From Mizuhopecten yessoensis (lineage: Eukaryota): a stretch of DNA of 64,000 nt. The notes under the pieces were generated by a model. The model saw only the letters and a list, made by a program, of their open reading frames with translations, did not search any database and had not been told where the DNA came from. Location of the stretch: contig NW_018408441.1 of assembly GCF_002113885.1 (NCBI RefSeq), positions 177,608 to 241,607 of the forward strand, written 5' to 3'. The position numbers and the translations under genes were made by a program. This document shows, one piece after another, positions 1 through 13,100 of this stretch (its first letter is position 1; every line of letters begins with the position of its first letter).

Positions 1-666
1 ATTGTAACAAATCCTTTCCTCTGATGGCCATAGTAATTAGTACAAATTGTAAATTGCTTCTTTATACGATGTCAACTTAATGATATTATTGCAGACTCCA
101 GAGAAAAGGTGCAACTCTTTTTCTGACTGTTTAATTACAATGTCCTAATGAAAATATGTCAAAATCCATGTCAAGTTTATATCTGCAGTCAATTTATATG
201 TACTGACAGAATACTGAATATATTATGGTAATATATATCAGCACATCAGATGAGGAGTTTCTGGGAAGACAGTTTTGGATATACTTATAACTGTTTTGTA
301 TACACATATGATTATTTAACTGTAGTATCCTGTAAATGTTCGATTTGCTTTGTGAAAAACCAGAGTGGAAAACAAAAAGCAAAATGATGTGGTGAGTAGA
401 ATAAATTACATCACTTTTCATCACAGAATCAAACTGTGCTGATCATCAACAGACAAATATGTATACAACAACCCTGGTCATGCATGCTATACAAAACAGC
501 AGTGAACTATTCATATAAAAACATGAATTACAACATTTCATATCACACATGTGATGTATAATACAGTGTTTTTATTACATACTTACTAATAAATACATTT
601 TTTTGTATATGCGATACGTAATGGTTAATTAATGATTTCTTATTAATCGCTCACTGAATGTCTAGG

Positions 667-690
667 TCCCCCCCCCCCCCCCCCCCCCCC
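667..690. repeat. poly(C)/poly(G) tract, about 24 nt
   Basis: Uninterrupted C run in an otherwise AT-rich region; could form a G-quadruplex on the minus strand. Confidence 0.9.
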
Positions 691-3601
691 ATGAAGAAGT
701 AAAATTTGAAATCAATGTATAAAAAAACTCACTATAGACCAGATGTAAAAAAACATGTACTGAAAACGAAGCCCCTAAGTAGTGATTAATACAGACGTAC
801 CAGTCTAGAAGAGAACTCGACAAAAACATGTTTACTATAATGCTGAGCTCCAGTCGCCTGGGCATTGACCAGCATTATAGCTATAAATAGGATCATGTAA
901 ACATGAAGCTGAGCTGCTCAGATATTGTATTTGATCAATGGTTAAACCCCCAACTAACAAGGATTTGTTAAGTTTTAACCCATGATTTCAGAATATAAAA
1001 TATCAAATTTGATACTTCTGTTTGCAGTTTTTGAATTAATTTTTTACTTTACCTGGTATCTTATATTAATAAAAGATTATCATAAGTCTTGATGAAATGC
1101 ATATTACAACACAGGCCTGACAGAATGTACATACATGTACAAGTGTAATCCTCTCAATAGCCATCACCTGTAATTATAGGCTATAATTAATTATTCTAGC
1201 CAACTTGTACTGACCATGGTGTATTAATTTGTTGTACACACAATGGTAGTCAGACAATAGTTTTGGCATCATTGTTCAGACCTCTTCTTCACCCTAGTCT
1301 GAAGTATTAACATAAAACATACATTTTAATGCACAACTTTTAAGTGCAGTTGAAGCGAGCTTGGGCTTGGTGATCACCACAGGTAGAACTAGGAAAATGG
1401 TAATACCAAAATGGGAATGCATGACCAAAATTAAATGTTTACAAAGTATCGTAACAAAAGACCAATAAAGCAACAACAACACAAAAACCCATATATTATT
1501 CTTTTAGATATTAGGTGTTGCACTTCCATTTGAATACAAGATGAATGTTAGAAAAAAAACACACCAAAAAAAAGGATAATATACCACAATTTTCCATTGG
1601 AAATAGGACCAAATTGAGAAAAATGCCCCCCTCCACCCCCACCCTCTCAAACCCTCAAAAGCCATAATATATAGATGACCTTCAGAATATTTAAGATGAC
1701 CAGAATTAATGTCATACTGAAAACTATTGTCTGTTTATTAGACTCAAAACATTTAAACATACACTAAAAGACTTTTCTGATGCACTGATAATTGGTTTTG
1801 ATTTTTTTCTATTTCAAAACATGTAATACTTTGGTTGTGCCAAAAAATAGATATTGAAACCATTGAATTGCAATTACCTTTTTCTTGATCCAGGATAATG
1901 ACACATTATACATGTATATAGTCACAAAGCTTAGGGGCTATTATATAGTCTCATTATGTCCATTTTCCCATCCAAATTACTTCAATAAAAGAAAACACTG
2001 CTTCATATATTTACGTTGAAAGCACAGACTGCTCTGAACCATTTTAAATCATACTAAACAGGAGTATCTAAATATTGCCCATATAATTTACTTAGTAGGT
2101 AATATGATAGAAACACCTCTTAACATTTAGGTTGTTGATTACAGCTTATTGACAAGAAGTACATGTATGTAGTGTACCAGCTTGTTGACATGCATATTTA
2201 GTGTGTATATATATATACACCAGCTACCAGTACATGTTGTATATATATATACATCAACTTTATATATTTGTGTATTGTACTGAAGTGTGACCTTGCCCTT
2301 GCAGCATGTGATAAGACAAAACGAATCAGATAAGTCTTGTAATAAATAACAAGGCTGTGAATTATGTGTACACTTTGAAGCAATTTAACAAAGCTATTGT
2401 TTATATATATATATAAATATACGAGTTACTAAGATTATGAATGCATGATACTCCAGTGACAGCATTAATGGATCTACAACACAATTTTATATAGATATTA
2501 AAACCAAAGTTTGATGTTTTTCATTGCATTACTATAACTTTGTGAGATATTTCAGTAACAATAACCATACTTTGTTGGTTACACTAGTGCTGACCAGGAA
2601 GCCTCAATGTAATTAAGTAATTATAACCTCTAAACTGATATATACATACCAGTGAATGTCGGAATGAAAAAAATATCCTACTGTTTACATGTATACTCAT
2701 ATTGTTTTACTGTACCTCTGAAAAACACATTTCTGTGTAAATTGAACCCATGTCAATAAAGCATGAATCACTTAAGAAGCCAAATGTGGTTCATTTGATA
2801 AAGATTTCTGACGGGAGAATTTAGATGAGTCCCACTTATGCATTTAAAAATTCATTGAGTCTCAAGTAACATTACATGTTTGGTGCAGTAATCTGAAATT
2901 GGTTGCATTAATCCAATCCAAAAGCATGACTTACTTATATACTGACACAGCATTCTGATTTGCAGAATATTATTTTGCAGTGTTTGACCACTGTAAGGTT
3001 AACTGTTGTTGCTAACAATTTTGGTACTGAAATATGCATTTAAATAACTAAACTAAAAGAAAGTTAATTTATTTAAAAAAGTGAATTATTGGGACACATA
3101 CACTAATACATACTGATTATTAATGTATTATTCAGTGGTGGATCCAGAGGGGTTACAGAATGATTTCATTGATTTGCAAAAAAATATCTGATAAATCATT
3201 TTCATACTAAAGGCAGCACTGATTCAATCGTACAAATAGATCTAGTGGCTGAAATTAAATCTTAGTTAATGTTACATTTAGTTAGTCAATATAACAACAC
3301 ATGGCCATCTTTTTATCCTTTTATCTATAACATGCATACATCATAATAGGACATATATATAGTTCTTGGATAACAATTAACATTTGTTGAAATGCAACGA
3401 ATTAGATCTAAGATACAATGGCATTCCAAACGCCCTGAATTTTAAGCATAATGAGTAATAACAGGATTAAAATACCACAAATTCTTCAGCCAATTTATAT
3501 TACATTGTCAACTTTAAACGAGGTCAACAATTGGACCCCCATTTTCGCACCATTAAAACATATTGCTCCTTGTGTAAATCTATATAAATTCAAAAACTTA
3601 C

Positions 3602-3990
3602 GATATCTTGACAATAACAACTGTGGTCGTTTGTTTACTAAGTTGATTCGACAGCGTAAACATTATACAATCTGTGACCTAAAAATAAGGACACATTTTC
3701 TGAATGAAATTCGACGTGAACTCGCGATCGGTCTGGGGTCTGTCTGACAGGAAGATGTGTAAACCAACTACTGATATCTGAAAATCAAGACAAATAATGG
3801 GATACATGATATATTCTGTACTTAAATAAACAAATCAAAATTTTGTTACCTGCTTATTAACTTCGATCAAGCCTTCAAAACTCAGTATTTTGTTGTGTTC
3901 CCATTGCCAGCCGTACCACTGTTGCTCGCATTATTCAAGCACCGTTCACAACTCTCGCTTGAAACGTGATTTAAAAATGGGAAATCCCCG
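3602..3990 (-). other. Probable 5' exons of an unidentified gene divergent from AP4M1
   Basis: Minus strand: CpG-rich segment ending in donor CAG|GTAAC (exon end 3850), a 72-nt intron with acceptor TTTTCAG, then exon 3777-3602 ending ATC|GTAAGT. No recognisable protein. Confidence 0.4.
3979..3989. promoter_or_regulatory. Canonical NF-kB/Rel site GGGAAATCCCC in the AP4M1 promoter region
   Basis: Exact match to GGGRNNYYCC, about 125 bp upstream of the AP4M1 ATG in a CpG-enriched stretch. Confidence 0.4.
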
Positions 3991-4112
3991 GATGCACACA
4001 AAACCACCGATTCAGTTACGTTGCAGGCGATGGAAGATAACGTGTTGAGATTTAGCTAGGACTGGTTCCTTAGTTTGTGAAATGGAATTGATTTTTCTTA
4101 CACGGTTCTAAT

Positions 4113-7100
4113 ATGATCTCGGATATTTTTATTGTATCTTGTCACAACACAGTTCTTGCAGCCAAATCATGTATCCTTTTAAACCGGATTATCGACCCTT
4201 CACCAGTTCGGCCACTGGAGTCCGCGAGTGGTCTCTGTAACTTTCACTTTAATCAAATTCATGACTTCGAGCCCCAATGCCAGTGTGGCCCTTACATACT
4301 GCATCATAAATATTGTACTGATTACTGTGTAATCGATGAATCTAGGTCAAAACGGTCTCACTGTAAAAACGGCCCTACTTATTTTAAAAATCGTGTGAAG
4401 TAAGGTTAAGAATAATGTAAGTACGTGTATGACATAAATTTAAATAAATTGCTTAGTACAACGGGACGTATATGAACACCGTCCAAGCTGAAAATAATTG
4501 ATTGGTCTTGGTCGTCCGGAGTCCTCAGTCACCACCATCCCGCTACCTACCCCATCTCCCCTCCCCAACTCGAAAATTCTCACCCAAAAAATCAATACTA
4601 TTTATAAAACATTCTCAAAGAAGTAAAAAATAAAACACAAACATTCATTTTTGTCTTTTCATCATTATGGTTTTTTTTTTATTTCGTTCTTTGCTATATA
4701 TCGTTGTCGTTTTTTCATCTTTTCGTTATATCATTTTTCGTCTTTTCAATATTTAGCTTTGGTGTTATTTCGCTTTGGCGGATTTTCGTTATTTCGTCAA
4801 TGCTGATCTCGTGGTTGGAAGTCTCGTACAAATTCAAATGATATGTGAACATTATGCTATACATCCGTTAATTTATTACACCCTCTGACCATGCAATCCC
4901 GCTAATTGTAGTTTTAATTGAGTCACTCCGAGGTACTCTGTTAAAACAACAAAGACCCTCATCCCATATCTAAATTATTATTGGTTATTATTATAACTTT
5001 TTTCTGAATGCTATTTAATAAAAGAAAAAAATTCTCTAAATACTTAAATTGAATGCTGAGGTAGAAAACACTGCCATTGCAACTTAGGTATTTGAGACTG
5101 GGGAGGGTTAACTATCAATCATAATTATAATATTTTTATCTGTATATATCTTTATTTCTTGAAAGCACATGTAACTTTATTAACTAATATCAAGTTATGT
5201 ATTTGTATTATGCACTTGTAGTACTTGCAGTTCTATACTATATATAGGGTGGGGCCGTTTTTACTAGGGCCGTTACTGCAGTGAGGCCGTTTTAACCGGA
5301 CACAGTAATCGATAAGAATTGTTTTTCTAGTCCCAAATGCACATAAGCCAGAAAAGAAATCCATTAATCCATTAACCCCCTCCGCATTAAAGCCATTTTG
5401 TTCTCTGTGGAGTATAACATATAGATAGATAGACAAATGCAAATGTATAACTGTTATCTACTGCACTTCAATTGTAAGTTACGTTACTAACAAAGGGGAA
5501 AGTGTTGTTATTTCGGTATACAACTTTCGCTAGATCGTCTAGTTATAAGAGAAGTTAAATGTCGGTTTTGGATTTGGATAATTCTCCCAAAGTCCTCTTC
5601 ATATTCATCTGTATTTAATATCTGTTGCTGTATAAATGGTAAAATTTGATAATGGTAAAAAAAAAAATGAAAATTAAAGAAAATGGACACACCAACGATA
5701 CATCAGCAAGAGCATCAAACTCTGTAGTCTAAGTGTCCTGGAAAGAACCTCCATGCCTGTACGTCCACCCAACACTGTAATATGCTGCCTCAGCTTGGGA
5801 CCAACATTGAACAATTTGAGTGGGAACAGAGATTTGCAGCAAAATTCCTAGTAGGTGACTTCAAACGTTAGGAACTAGACATTATGATCATCATTCCAAA
5901 ACACCTCTGGGACAAGTTGGAATTATTGCTGCTCCACAACAACATTTATTAACAAGTTGACTCCAGCCTACACCAACTATATTAAAGCTATCAGAGCCAG
6001 AAGAGGAAGCCTCAGCTACCATGTCACCTTGATAAAAATACCAGCTAGTATTCCTGCTTGCTGGACTAAGGAAAATATTTCTCTTCAGCTCAATGAGTAG
6101 TGCATCAGACTTGTTAACAAGAGGTCCAAGGTTCAACCCATAGTGGAGGATATTAAGATCGAGGCTTCAAAACATAACATCAAATGTTGAAAAAAAAAGT
6201 TTTTATATATGATGGAGGTATATTTTTAGGAACCCCCACCACACCAATATAACTGGATTTACCAATTTCAAGAACCCATCAGCAGGATCTCAATGAACAA
6301 TACCATAAAAATTACAGTATTTTCAAAAACAGCAGGAAACAGAATTAAAATTAATGAAATATTAATTTAATATGAAGTGTATCAATCTTATCACACAGTG
6401 ACACTTACTTCCAAATGTGCTATGAGAGTGTACTGATTAACACTCTTCTTGAGTTCTTCTTTAAATGTATCCATAATTTTGTCACAAACATATACTGGTT
6501 CATATCTTCTCAAACTATCCACCCAGTGGCCATTATGTTAACCCCTAGTTATCATCAAGTTTTGAATTTTGAAAAGCAGATGTATTATACATCAAGGATT
6601 TAATGGCTGCTATTGCTCAAATCCTGCTGCAGTATATTTCAGTTTGCAGTGTTCATAAAGCAGAGATTGAGTGTGAGCTAACTGCAATCCCGCTGCCATA
6701 TACAGCATAGTTTCAGAGGCCACTGAAAATCTGCTGTCTGTAGTTCTATTAAAAGAAATAATTCGATAAATAGGAGGAATAAAGCAATTGCTAGGACATA
6801 AGAAGGTATTCAGTGAGAATTAGGTATTGCTGTAGTTTCACAGCACTGGTTTATCTAGACTTGGGAATTGCTTATTGTAGAATTCCAGATATTTTCCATT
6901 CTAGGTTTAAAATTTCAAAAAGTTGCCTAGTTGAATTTGTTATGACAAGCTCTGCATCCAAATGGGATGCATCCAAAAAGATACCTTAATTCATGCCATG
7001 CTGTGAAAAAAGTTAATATATGAATTTATGTTGTTGGATGAACAAATGAAAATGTAATATTTCAAGTAATCAAATGTGTTATGTTCATCCTTGTTTATGA

Positions 7101-10100
7101 AATGGGGCAGTTCATCCTAATATTTCTAGTATTAAAGTGTACTGACATTATCTTTGTTAATGTAATAGTTCCATTTCCTTAACTCTATCAAGACAGATTT
7201 GATTGTGAAGGAACATCAAAAGATGTGTTTGTTCAGAAACTACGGGAAGTTAGATCCAGTCAGCTTCCTCCTCACTTTGTAAGTATGATAGAATATATTC
7301 TATGCTATCTTTATTGAACCCTCTTTTTTTAGGAAACTTAAACCATGATTATACTTTGAAACAACGAAAAATTCAACCCAAAAAAGCTTAATCTATGAAT
7401 AGAATATTAGTAGTGTTATTTAAGGGGAAATGTTGAAATTTGAATATTTAAAATTTGACACATTTGACACATAGAGAAATTTGAATCTTCAAAATTTTTG
7501 ACTATGTGATAATTTCGCTTTCTCATGTCAATAATAAAAATAGCTATCAGGTATATTCAACTATGACTGTAACTGTTAAAGTCCTTCCTCTTTTCAGAAG
7601 GAGAATGGAACCACCTTTTACTATGTGAAAAGGAACAGTATGTACTTTGTAGCCACCTCTCAGGCTGATGTGTCTCCAATCTTCGTCATCGAGATCCTAA
7701 GCAGGTAAACATTGTTTTTTATCAAGGATTATAATGATAAGGACAAAAGGTTCATCTTATATTTTCTATTTAATGAATAAAGTTGGCTTTAGAGAAATTA
7801 ATTTCTCTCCCAGTGAACTAGTGTTTAACCTAGGCCTATAAACATTGTCATAAAAAATATTATCAAAACTTGCATTATCAATGTCTATTTTAACAGTATA
7901 CCAGGTAATGTAAAATAAACTGAAGGAATAGACATGTTATTTTAATGGTTTTGTTGTATAATAGACTTTTTCAATAATATTTTTTGGGGAGTAATAATAT
8001 CAGTCCTTTAATAATTATGAAAGAATTATTTTTTACAAGCAAAAAAGTCTTCATAATTATGTTTTGTTGCAGTAAATTTTAAAGGTTTCCTTGTCCCATA
8101 TTTTAAAACCTGTTAACTTTGTTTGCTTTTAATTTTGTGACAGAATCTACCAAACATGCAAAGACTTTTGTGGAGTTGTCAATGAAGAGTCCATAAGAGT
8201 GAATAGCCTGCTTGTATTTGAAGTACTGGATGAAATATTGGTGAGACACTAGGCTCCATACATACAACATAGATCACTCACTTCATCATTGATAATAAAG
8301 ATGTCTCACCAGGCTCCAAACATACAACATGGATCACTCACTTCATCATTGATAATAAAGACGTCTCACCAGGCTCCATACATGCAACATAAATTACTCA
8401 CTTCATCATTGATAATAAAGACGTCTCACCAGGCTCCATACTACTACATAGATATCTCACTTCATCATTGATAATAAAGACGTCTCACCAGGCTTCATAC
8501 ATACAACATAGATCACTCACTTCATCATTGATAATAAAGACGTCTCACCTGGCTCTATACATACAACATAGATCACTAACTTCATCATTGATAATAAAGA
8601 CGTCTCACCAGGCTCCATACTACTACATAGATATCTCACTTCATCATTGATAATAAAGACGTCTCACTAGGCTCCATACATACAACATAGATCACTCACT
8701 TCATCATTGATAATGAAGCCGTTTCACCAGGCTCCATACATACAACATAGATCACTCACTTCATCATTGATAATGAAGACGTTTCACCAGGCTCCATACA
8801 TACAACATAGATCACTCACTTCATCATTGATAATGAAGACGTTTCACCAGGCTCCATACATACAACATAGATCACTAACTTCATCATTGATAATAAAGAC
8901 GTCTCACCTGGCTCTATACATACAACATAGATCACTAACTTCATCATTGATAATAAAGACGTCTCACCTGGCTCTATACATACAACATAGATCACTAACT
9001 TCATCATTGATAATAAAGACGTCTCACCTGGCTCTATACATACAACATAGATCACGAACTTCATCATTGATAATAAAGACGTCTCACTAGGCTCCATACA
9101 TACAACATAGATCACTCACTTCATCATTGATAATAAAGATGTCTCACCACGCTCCAAACATACAACATGGATCACTCACTTCATCATTGATAATAAAGAC
9201 GACTCACCAGGCTCCATACATGCAACATAGATCACTCACTTCATCATTGATAATAAAGACGACTCACCAGGCTCCATACATGCAACATAGATCACTCACT
9301 TCATCATTGATAATGAAGCCGTTTCACCAGGCTCCATACATACAACATAGATCACTCACTTCATCATTGATAATAAAGACTATAACTATAAGGGGTCATG
9401 ACATGAGGTGTACCAATTCAATTATTCAGAGAATAGTTCATAAGTACAGTTGTGCTCTTTGGTTTCCATATATACAGTGGAACCCGCTTATTATAATGAC
9501 CAATTTATTATAATAACCAATCAAGCTGTTTTCGATCGCTTTTATGTTGTCTGAACCGGAAATGAGATCCCCTATATTAATCAGACATAGATTGATGTGG
9601 AAACAAGGAAAAAATATAAATACAAACTGATAAAGTAATAAATGAAATAATTCTTTCATTGTTATTTATATCATGATAAGCAGGGTCCCACCTTTGACCA
9701 TATCATAATAAACAATTTTTATTTGCTTACCTGTAGTTAAAGAAGGAAAAAATTGGTACATTGGGAAAATATCATACTAAGTATATCATAATAACCGATA
9801 TCATAATAAGTGGGTTCCACTGAACAGATATTTGTTCAACCTATAGACTACACTAGAACTATAGAGCATCAGACCTCGAGACCTGGATGTAATGCTTCGT
9901 TGGTGAATGTGCTATACATACATCATTAAAAATTGTGTTATTTTCTAAAACTGCTTGTACAGGTTAACTGTGCAAAGAGGAAACAAACATGATAAAGTTT
10001 AATGCGGCAGCATATCAATAGACTGGGAAAGTATTTCTTGCCACACCGACAGAACGTTTGGAGCCAGAATTGTATAGGTTACTCGCTACTCAGCAGTCGA

Positions 10101-13100
10101 TGGAGATCTAGACTTTCGTATATTTATAACTTCACAATCATGAGCTAAAAACGTAACAGAAAACGTTGTTTATTTGTGTCTGTATGATAGATGGCTACGT
10201 TTGTTTATGCACCAAAACATCTTTGTGAAGTGGCATTCAACTGCCATTAAGCTACAAACAGAACCAAACAATACAAGTTCAGTTTTATTGCTACACAATA
10301 TTGTAAGAGAAAATATTTGATCTTTTTTAATTTTCTTATATATTGATAATATCACATGTATAACCCTTTATATTACAGAATGAGATCACTGTTTCTTACT
10401 TATTCCGTTATTTTAAGATTTCAAACCCATAAAATGTTCCATAGAGAACAGAAAATTAATCTTTTATATAATTTGTAGATATTTTGTACATTGTTTTTCA
10501 GGATTATGGCTATGTCCAGTTGGCTACAACAGAAAAGTTGCGACCTTACATCCAGTCTGATCCAGTAATCATCAAATCGACTCGGGAACCAACCAGTGAC
10601 CTCGGGTCGCGAATGGTATGTAGCACTTTTCTAAACACTTGATCAGTTACAACATATGCTAAATTGCTAGTGGCCTGTTACTGCTTACTGTATACATGTA
10701 ATGTAGTTTGTAGTAATATTTCACAATGTTGTGGCTATATCTGCCGGATGTTAATATTCTGAGAAATGTGCAAGAAAGTCATACTTTTAATTTTAAAGTG
10801 CACTGGTTGATTCACCTGGTAAATTCAAGAGAGAAAAAATACAATAAAACAGATCCTCAAGTATAATTGAAATATATGTGATGTATCATCCTAAAAAAGA
10901 CAATAATGCTTCTTAAGTCAACAAATTTTCTAGTCATGTAACTGGCCAGGCATTGAAGGACTTGGCCTAGGTAGGTTTACAGGATAATTAACTTTTGATA
11001 GGTTTACTTTGAAAGTTTGAGCCCAGGAGGGTTTACCAAATTAATACATTCTATTTCTCTTTGATATCATTCTTGGCATGAAGACAATATATACTAGTAT
11101 TTACGTCTTGCCACTGTCATTCTAGTTTGGTATTGAGATGAAAGTAACCCCAGGATCAGCCTCCAGCAAACCATTGGTATCCTCCTCTGCTGACTCGGTG
11201 AGTTTCTCTGAAAAACTGAATCCTCATACCAAAGTGTTATAATAGATCTTCCTTGTTATTGTCAAACAGGAATAATTGAACCACAGTATTAAGTGACCAT
11301 ATCTCTAATGCAAATGTAATTATTCCTCTGTACAACTTCATCTATACAAAGGACATGTTTTCTTACAGTAACTTCCTGTCCTCTATACCTGTTTAATTGT
11401 GAAGACATTTTAAGGAAAATTTACTACCGATTAATTAACATTCAATGTTATTGACATTATTAAGAATTGTGTCAATGTTTTGAATAATGCATTACTCATT
11501 CCCACTTGCAAAAACATGCTGTTTCAAAGGAAAAATACATTGTAACTCATCCTAACTGTTGATATTCCAAACATGCCAATCATTGTTAGTTACATGCATA
11601 AAGGAAGATACCATCACTCCAATGTAACACTTAATCACTCATATGAAGTCAAAGAAACAACAAAATAATTTAAGATGAGCAAATTGAGGTCAATTGCTAC
11701 TGTTCAGGTTCTCATAGTGTTTATTCCCAGTAGTGTGTTATGTTCAGTGCCATCCAACATAAACATCAATTATTATTTCACTGTGTTCTTCGGAAATACT
11801 TTAATAATAATATACAGTAGATGAGTTTATATGCTTTATCACACCATGCCAAAAAATAATACATATTCTTTTCTTCTTTTATTTTTATTTTGCCAATAAT
11901 ATATAATGAGCATGTGTACTAATTAATAATCAATATGCAACAAATACTTCTTCTCCAGGAACACAAGAAGAATGAGGTCTTTGTTGACGTGATTGAAAGA
12001 TTAACAGCTGTAATCAATAGTGATGTAAGTAACATTATCTAGAAATTGACCATATAAATTAAGGGAAAACAATGTGTTGTGTTGTCCGTCCACCTGTCCA
12101 TTAATAATAAAATAATTTCTTTTCCGTAATTTCATTTTATTTACAAAATTGCATAATGAAAATAAATCATTAAGCCCTGCATTATTCAGATTTAGAAGAG
12201 AGAATTGTGGCATTATGGAAAATGAGAAAGGTCAAAGAACCAACTCACTATTATCAGGGTGATGGATCACATTCCATACGTTTCTATATTCAATTCCATC
12301 ACCAAAATCCATATTGTTTTTAATGAGTGTATTTTGGGCATAGACAGGTCAAAGTTCAATATCACCATAACTATATTAATTAGGTCATTTTGATGCATTC
12401 ACACCCTACAGGGCACAGTTTCCCGCCTTGAGGCCAATGGTAGCATCAACATGAAGAATTTCCTTTCTGACAGTCCAGAAATTAAAATTGGTCTCAACGA
12501 GGATCTTGCCATCAAGGCAGGGGCTCTCAAAGGTGACACTTAATTTACAATGGCTTTTCATGACAAGAGTTATATGTTGCCATGTACCTTATTCTACTGA
12601 ATGTCTTAAATGCTCTTTGTAACTTTTATATTCTATTTGCATTTTGCAAATTAATGAATACCTGGTTTATACAGCATCCGAATTCATGTTTCTGTCCTTA
12701 AGAAAATATATTTCACTAGTATCATTATATCACAAGTGATATTAGTATGATAACAAAGGGCCCTCCCCTTGAAGTTTTCTTTTCATCCCCCGCTTTCATC
12801 GAAATGGGGGATATTAATTTGGGTTTGTCCGTCTGTCTGTCTGTCATGATTCGTTTCCGTGCAATAACTGCAACAAATGTCAATCATTTTTCTTCAAACT
12901 TGGTAACAGGGTTAAATGCCTTAAGGACTCGGCCAAATTTGATGATCACTTTCAGCGGACTTTATTTGGCGGAGTTGTGGGCCCTTGAATAACGAAAAAC
13001 ATCATTATCTGCCATTTCCGTGCAATCACTGCAACAGATGTTAGCGATTTTCTTCAAACTTGGTAACAGGGTTAAATGCCTTAAGGGCTCAGCCAAGTTC

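Larger units (their letters stand above)
4171..7192 (+). other. U12-type (minor spliceosome) GT-AG intron 1 of AP4M1
   Basis: Donor GTATCCTTTT at 4171; branch site TTCCTTAAC at about 7175-7183, about 9 nt from the AG at 7191-7192; no polypyrimidine tract; joins the exons in frame (KS-Y-RFD). Confidence 0.9.

Noticed and set aside
8289-9513. Repetitive ORFs (IIKTSHQAPYIQHRSLTSSL)n on both strands
   Set aside because: By-products of a 60-bp intronic minisatellite (a multiple of 3); no splice or start context.
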